From the NCBI RefSeq assembly GCF_001194135.2, contig NC_068990.1, positions 46,430,639 to 46,483,129 on the forward strand: DNA of 52,491 nt. The letters run 5' to 3'. The notes beneath the pieces were generated by a model. The model ran no database searches. It saw nothing but the letters and a program-made list of their open reading frames with translations, and was not told the DNA's origin. The translations under genes were made by a program, and so were the position numbers. Source of the DNA: Octopus bimaculoides. Taxonomy: Eukaryota. Below are positions 47,700 to 52,491 of this stretch, piece after piece. Numbering within the stretch: position 1 is the first letter of the stretch; each line of letters starts with the position of its first letter.

Positions 47700-49256
47700 A
47701 TTAAATATTAAAGAACTAGTATACTTTCTTGCTTTCTAGCAGTCTTCAAGGTCCCATGTGACAGGAATGTTTCAACTGTAGTTGACTGGCTGTCTTTTTT
47801 CTTTTATATGCATTCCTGTGGACAGCAGTAGTAGTTGTTTGGCTATTTTTAGAGATGATGCCAAACCATTTTTCAATGTTTATTTTTAGAAATGATGACA
47901 GCAGTACTTTTGAGAGATTTTTTGTGTTTTAGTTATAGGGATAAGATTTTTAAACCCCAAATAAGATTAATTTGATCATTGTTTGTTAAGCTTGGGTTTG
48001 AATTTCTTAATAAAGTCCTTTTCTCTCAATTTTCTCTCAATTTCATTCAGGTTGTAAAGTTTATGAAATGGATATATCATAAAAGTTTTTCGACCACATG
48101 TTGCCAGATGGTTACTCAGTGGTATTTGGCGGACTTCTGGATTTTTAATTTGCTGTCGATGCACATGCGAGCGTTTTGATAGTGCATTACCTGTCTGGCC
48201 AACGTACAGTTCTTCACAATTTGGGCATTTGATGCAGTAGATTAAATTTCTGCTTTTGCAGTTCATGTTCGTGTTTGTGAATATTTTCCCTGTTTTTGTG
48301 TTCATATATGGGCCGGTATGAATTAATTGGCATGTACCGCATCGGCTATCATTTAGACACAGTGAATGTTTGATTTTTGTTGCTTAGATCAAACCTTACT
48401 TTTGTTAATAACTTTTTCAAGNNNNNNNNNNNNNNNNNNNNNNNNNNNNNNNNNNNNNNNNNNNNNNNNNNNNNNNNNNNNNNNNNNNNNNNNNNNNNNN
48501 NNNNNNNNNNNNNNNNNNNNNNNNNNNNNNNNNNNNNNNNNNNNNNNNNNNNNNNNNNNNNNNNNNNNNNNNNNNNNNNNNNNNNNNNNNNNNNNNNNNN
48601 NNNNNNNNNNNNNNNNNNNNNNNNNNNNNNNNNNNNNNNNNNNNNNNNNNNNNNNATAAGTAGTGACGGGTATTTTTGTTTGAGCAGAAATTCTTTCAGT
48701 TTCATCAGGCGCTGATTTCTGGTCTTTAGATCCTCTACAATGGTACAGATTCTCCTCGCTAAGCAGTATGGGATGTTACGTTTAGTATGGGGTGGATGGC
48801 ACGATTTAAAATTCAGGTATTGGTGTGTATCTGTGTGTTTATAATATATATCTGTGGTAATGGCGGTGTTCTTTTTAATTACCATTATATCTAGAAATGG
48901 TAATTTGGTACTGCTCATCTCCTTTGTAAATTGGATGGATGTGTGCAGGTTGTTCAGGAGGATGTTGAATTCTTCCACAGTGTTTTGAGATTTTGTCCAG
49001 ATTATGAAGCAATCGTCGAGGTGATGGGATTCTTAGAACAAAAACTCTACCAGGAAATAGAGGAGAGATACAGCACTGAATTTAGGAAGTATATTGAAAA
49101 AGCATGGAAGAGATATCTCGACGATTGCTTCATAATCTGGACAAAATCTCAAAACACTGTGGAAGAATTCAACATCCTCCTGAACAACCTACACCCATCC
49201 ATCTAATTTTCAAAGGAGATGATCAGTACTAAATTACCATTTCTAGATATAACATG
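47700..49256 (-). mobile_element. Penelope-like element: RT C-terminus and GIY-YIG endonuclease, with inverted 5' duplication
   Basis: GIY-YIG NLIYCIKCPNCEELYVGQTG..LSKR..H (47976-48305). RT thumb LPFLDI, TDIYYKHTDTHQYLNFKSCHP, IPYCLARRI. RYLDDCFIIW on plus strand at about 49109-49138. Confidence 0.92.
47713..47755 (-). ncRNA. Degenerate hammerhead (C3U) in the 3' region of the Penelope-like element
   Basis: Minus strand GGACC-TTGAAGA-CTGC..GCAA-GAA-AGTATACT-A-GTTC, about 220 bp downstream of the GIY-YIG stop in sense orientation. Confidence 0.5.
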
Positions 49257-49789
49257 GTTCCGGGTTCAGTCCCACTGCGTGGCACTCTAGAAAAGTGTCT
49301 TCAAACATAGCCTTGTGCCGACCAAAGCCTTGTGAGTAGATGAAACTAAAAGAAGCCCCCTCGTTTATATGTATATATATCTATGTGTGTATGTGTCGCT
49401 GTGTCTGTGTTTATCCCCCATCGCCGCTTGACAACAGGTGTTGGTGTGTTTACGTTCCCTCAAATTAGCTGCTGATCATAAGAAACCGATAGAATAAGTA
49501 CTAGGCTTCAAAAACAATAAACCTTAGGATTGATTCGTTCGACTGAAATACTTCAAGGCGGTGCTCCAGCGTGGCCGTAGTCAAATGACTGAAACGAGTA
49601 AAAGAATGAAAAGAAAAGAAAAGGCATCGGAGGGGCGATGAATACGCTGCACGCACACAGTATAAAATAAAATTTATTCTAAATATAATCTCAGACGAAT
49701 TCATATTTCAACAAAATGATATCAAGAGTTATTTCCCCTACTTATCGCTTATACATATGTAACAAAAAACAAAAAACAAAAACAAAAAC

Positions 49790-49992
49790 AAAATGTTTGA
49801 ATTCAATCATCCGCCAGTTTTGAAGATAATCAAACCGAAATTTAATGAGTTCGAGCCACTCACCTAATGAGTATTTGTGCCAAATTTAGTTAAAATCTGT
49901 TCAGCTGTTTTCCTGTAATTTTGCAACCACACAGACAAAGACAGACGAGCGACTACAGTAACCCTGCTTCGCTTACGCGCGAAAGATTAACA
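49790..49992. mobile_element. Short Helentron/HINE-like repeat end
   Basis: gtgccaaatttagttaaaatctgttcagc..acacagacaaagacagac..aaccctgcttcgcttacgcgcgaaagattaac. A similar motif layout occurs at 20660-20765. Confidence 0.4.
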
Positions 49993-52491
49993 AAAGAATA
50001 TATATGTGTATATNNNNNNNNNNNNNNNNNNNNNNNNNNNNNNNNNNNNNNNNNNNNNNNNNNNNNNNNNNNNNNNNNNNNNNNNNNNNNNNNNNNNNNN
50101 NNNNNNNNNNNNNNNNNNNNNNNNNNNNNNNNNNNNNNNNNNNNNNNNNNNNNNNNNNNNNNNNNNNNNNNNNNNNNNNNNNNNNNNNNNNNNNNNNNNN
50201 NNNNNNNNNNNNNNNNNNNCAAAAGGGATGTCCACTTAGTGATCATCCCTCTTATATGTATGCAATATAATTTTTCTGAATCTTCAGATTTTTCAATTTG
50301 CTAGGCCACTGGTTTTAAATTGATATTAATCAAATTAGTATTCAATTTTTCATCCTTATTATTTAAATTGATATATATATATAGCTCTGAAGAAATTGGT
50401 ATTGGTGGTGGTGGTGGTGGTGAGTTACATCGGCGAAAATTATATGATAGACTTCACGTCACTTGTTAAGTTGGTAAGTGGAGAGGGAGAAGAATTTAAT
50501 TTAGAAATTTAGATTCTAGAAAGGGAGAGAGTTAGAGAGAGAGAGAGGGAGAGGGAGAGAGGGAGAGAGAGAGAGAGATTGATTTTAGCTGTCATTGTTC
50601 GATAATTATTGAGTTTGGTTTAGCTACCAAGGCATGCGTGGTGCGCGCGCGCATTTTACTGAATCGAACAATAAACCTTTATTTCTAAACAAAGTGTAGT
50701 AACACTGACTCGTGTCCCATGACTCTTGTTCGATATCACGAGTTCAAATCTGGGTCGGTACTGTATATCTCTGATATTGTTTATCACGCACACACATACA
50801 CACACACACACACACATGCATGCACGCAGGCACGCACACATACACACACGCACGCGCGCACGCACAGATACATGCGCGCGCAGACACACAATAAGCCTGC
50901 TATTACTGTAATGTGTCCTGGGAAGTAAGAATGGCTAAGTAGTTAAGAACTTCGCTTCTCAATTATGAGGTCTCTGGTTCAATGCTACCTTATGGCATCT
51001 TCTGTAAGTATCTTTTGTCATAGCTTCGGATCGTCCGAAGCCTTATAAATGAAGCTGGTTGGCCAGAAACTGTGCAGAAGCCCGTTTGATGAATTGTGCT
51101 TGTGTCATATATCGGGTCATATTGATTCTCCCTGAGAATTACATTAAACATACTCGAGTCAGCAGAATATTCAGCCATTTATACGTTACTTCGGGGAGTT
51201 CAACTGATCAAACAACTGAATGCTCGTCGTCGACAACAACGAATGAAAGTTAATGTCTCCTGATTGCCTGACTATCAAGCAGTGAACCACTGTTATCCTG
51301 TACCAAACAGAAGCACCTGCCTTTCTTCTTGGTAGGGTTTCGCATACTGTATTTGATGGCACATAAAACACACTCCCACCCTAAAGACAATCCTTGATCT
51401 TTTATACGAAGTTGAGCTTCCCATAAGCTAATTTTATCTCGGACACTCACTACCAAAGGCTAATTTAACACAGACAGTATTCGACTAACTGAAATTATCC
51501 ACGCAATTAGTAGACAAAACTCCCTGTATGATAGAAAAAAAACAACCAAGATGCAAGGGCAATAACTCCAACGAGAACAGTTGATCAGAATTGTTCTTGT
51601 CATTCCGGTTATGACCCATTCTCCTCAAACGTTGCATTAAGCATTTTCGTCCACCTTTTTTTTTTTTTTCACCTAAAAGCGGTTGCTTTCAATTCTCTCA
51701 CTATTTTAGGCAGAAACGCACCCTTCTTTCTACTGTTTCAATTACAAACATTAACCCACTTTCTAAAGCAAGATCTCGAAACAAGAACTGGGGAAATGGC
51801 TTATGTATTCAAGGGCTGAAACCAAGAAGTTCAGATTGGACATAAACAACAATCACTTAAATGTGGACAGCCTAAAAATGTCGTATTACATCGACTGGAA
51901 AGAAAAACAAAAACAACCAAACAAAAAAAAAACCCAAAACAAAAACAAAACAAAACAAAATCAACAAAAATGAAACAATAAAACATTGATAGCGTCGTAG
52001 ATAAATAAGAAAAATACTTGTCATGTTTAATAATTATTTTATATTCAGTTTACGTTTGATATTTAAATAGAATTAAGGCGGCGAGCTGGACGAAATGCTT
52101 AGCGGTATTTAAACATCCAGTTTACTGTAGATGTGATCGAAAAGACTTGTGGTCAAATGCTTGTGATCAGAAGCTTCTGACTTGTGATCAGAAGATATGC
52201 CGTGACCATATCGGGGTTTTATGTTTAAAACGTACTTTATCTGTGAGTGAATGATTTAGTGCATGTTATTTATGAATGGAGAGAATAATTTGAGGGGAGA
52301 GGCACATCTCAACTTACATGGCTTCTAATTACGTCTTTTTTGACTTTACGGCGTGTTTTCAAAGTAGTTAATGGGAGAAAATAGATCTGAACTTCAGTTG
52401 ATTTGTCCGACTTTACGTCAGTCCCAACGAACATATTTAAAAGCACCGAATTTAAAAAAGAAATAAACACACACACACACACACACACACA

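Noticed and set aside
50700-50755. tRNA-like sequence with GAGTTCAAATC
   Set aside because: Only a B-box-like motif; no cloverleaf. Probably a decayed SINE head.

Overview
AT-rich eukaryotic genomic DNA with microsatellites and nine N-gaps. The SINE, RTE and Penelope repertoire looks like a coleoid cephalopod such as Octopus (inference from repeat motifs; not searched). The left half holds one plus-strand gene that I assembled by eye from 8 phase-compatible coding exons (7378-24508, about 353 aa, first coding exon not found). It encodes an unrecognised single-pass type I membrane protein: signal-peptide end, Cys-rich domain, His/Gln-rich linker, EGF-like module, TM helix and a 20-aa tail. One intron appears to be GC-AG. 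There is an intact tRNA-Gln(CTG) gene at 39571-39642. The rest is mobile DNA: two mariner relics, a Tc1 relic, RTE LINEs with a PHD finger inside the RT region, Penelope-like elements, LTR-like elements, a Helitron STPR relic, MITEs and many tRNA-derived SINEs. The less obvious signals are: (i) eight type I hammerhead-ribozyme-like motifs, most with self-complementary stem III, one inside a 337-bp non-coding retrozyme-like unit; (ii) a GGATC-ended MITE family with 8-bp TSDs, carrying telomere-repeat foldbacks and shrinking to a 54-bp copy; (iii) LTRs whose 3' ends carry serial LTR-end + tRNA-Trp PBS units and which sit against microsatellites.
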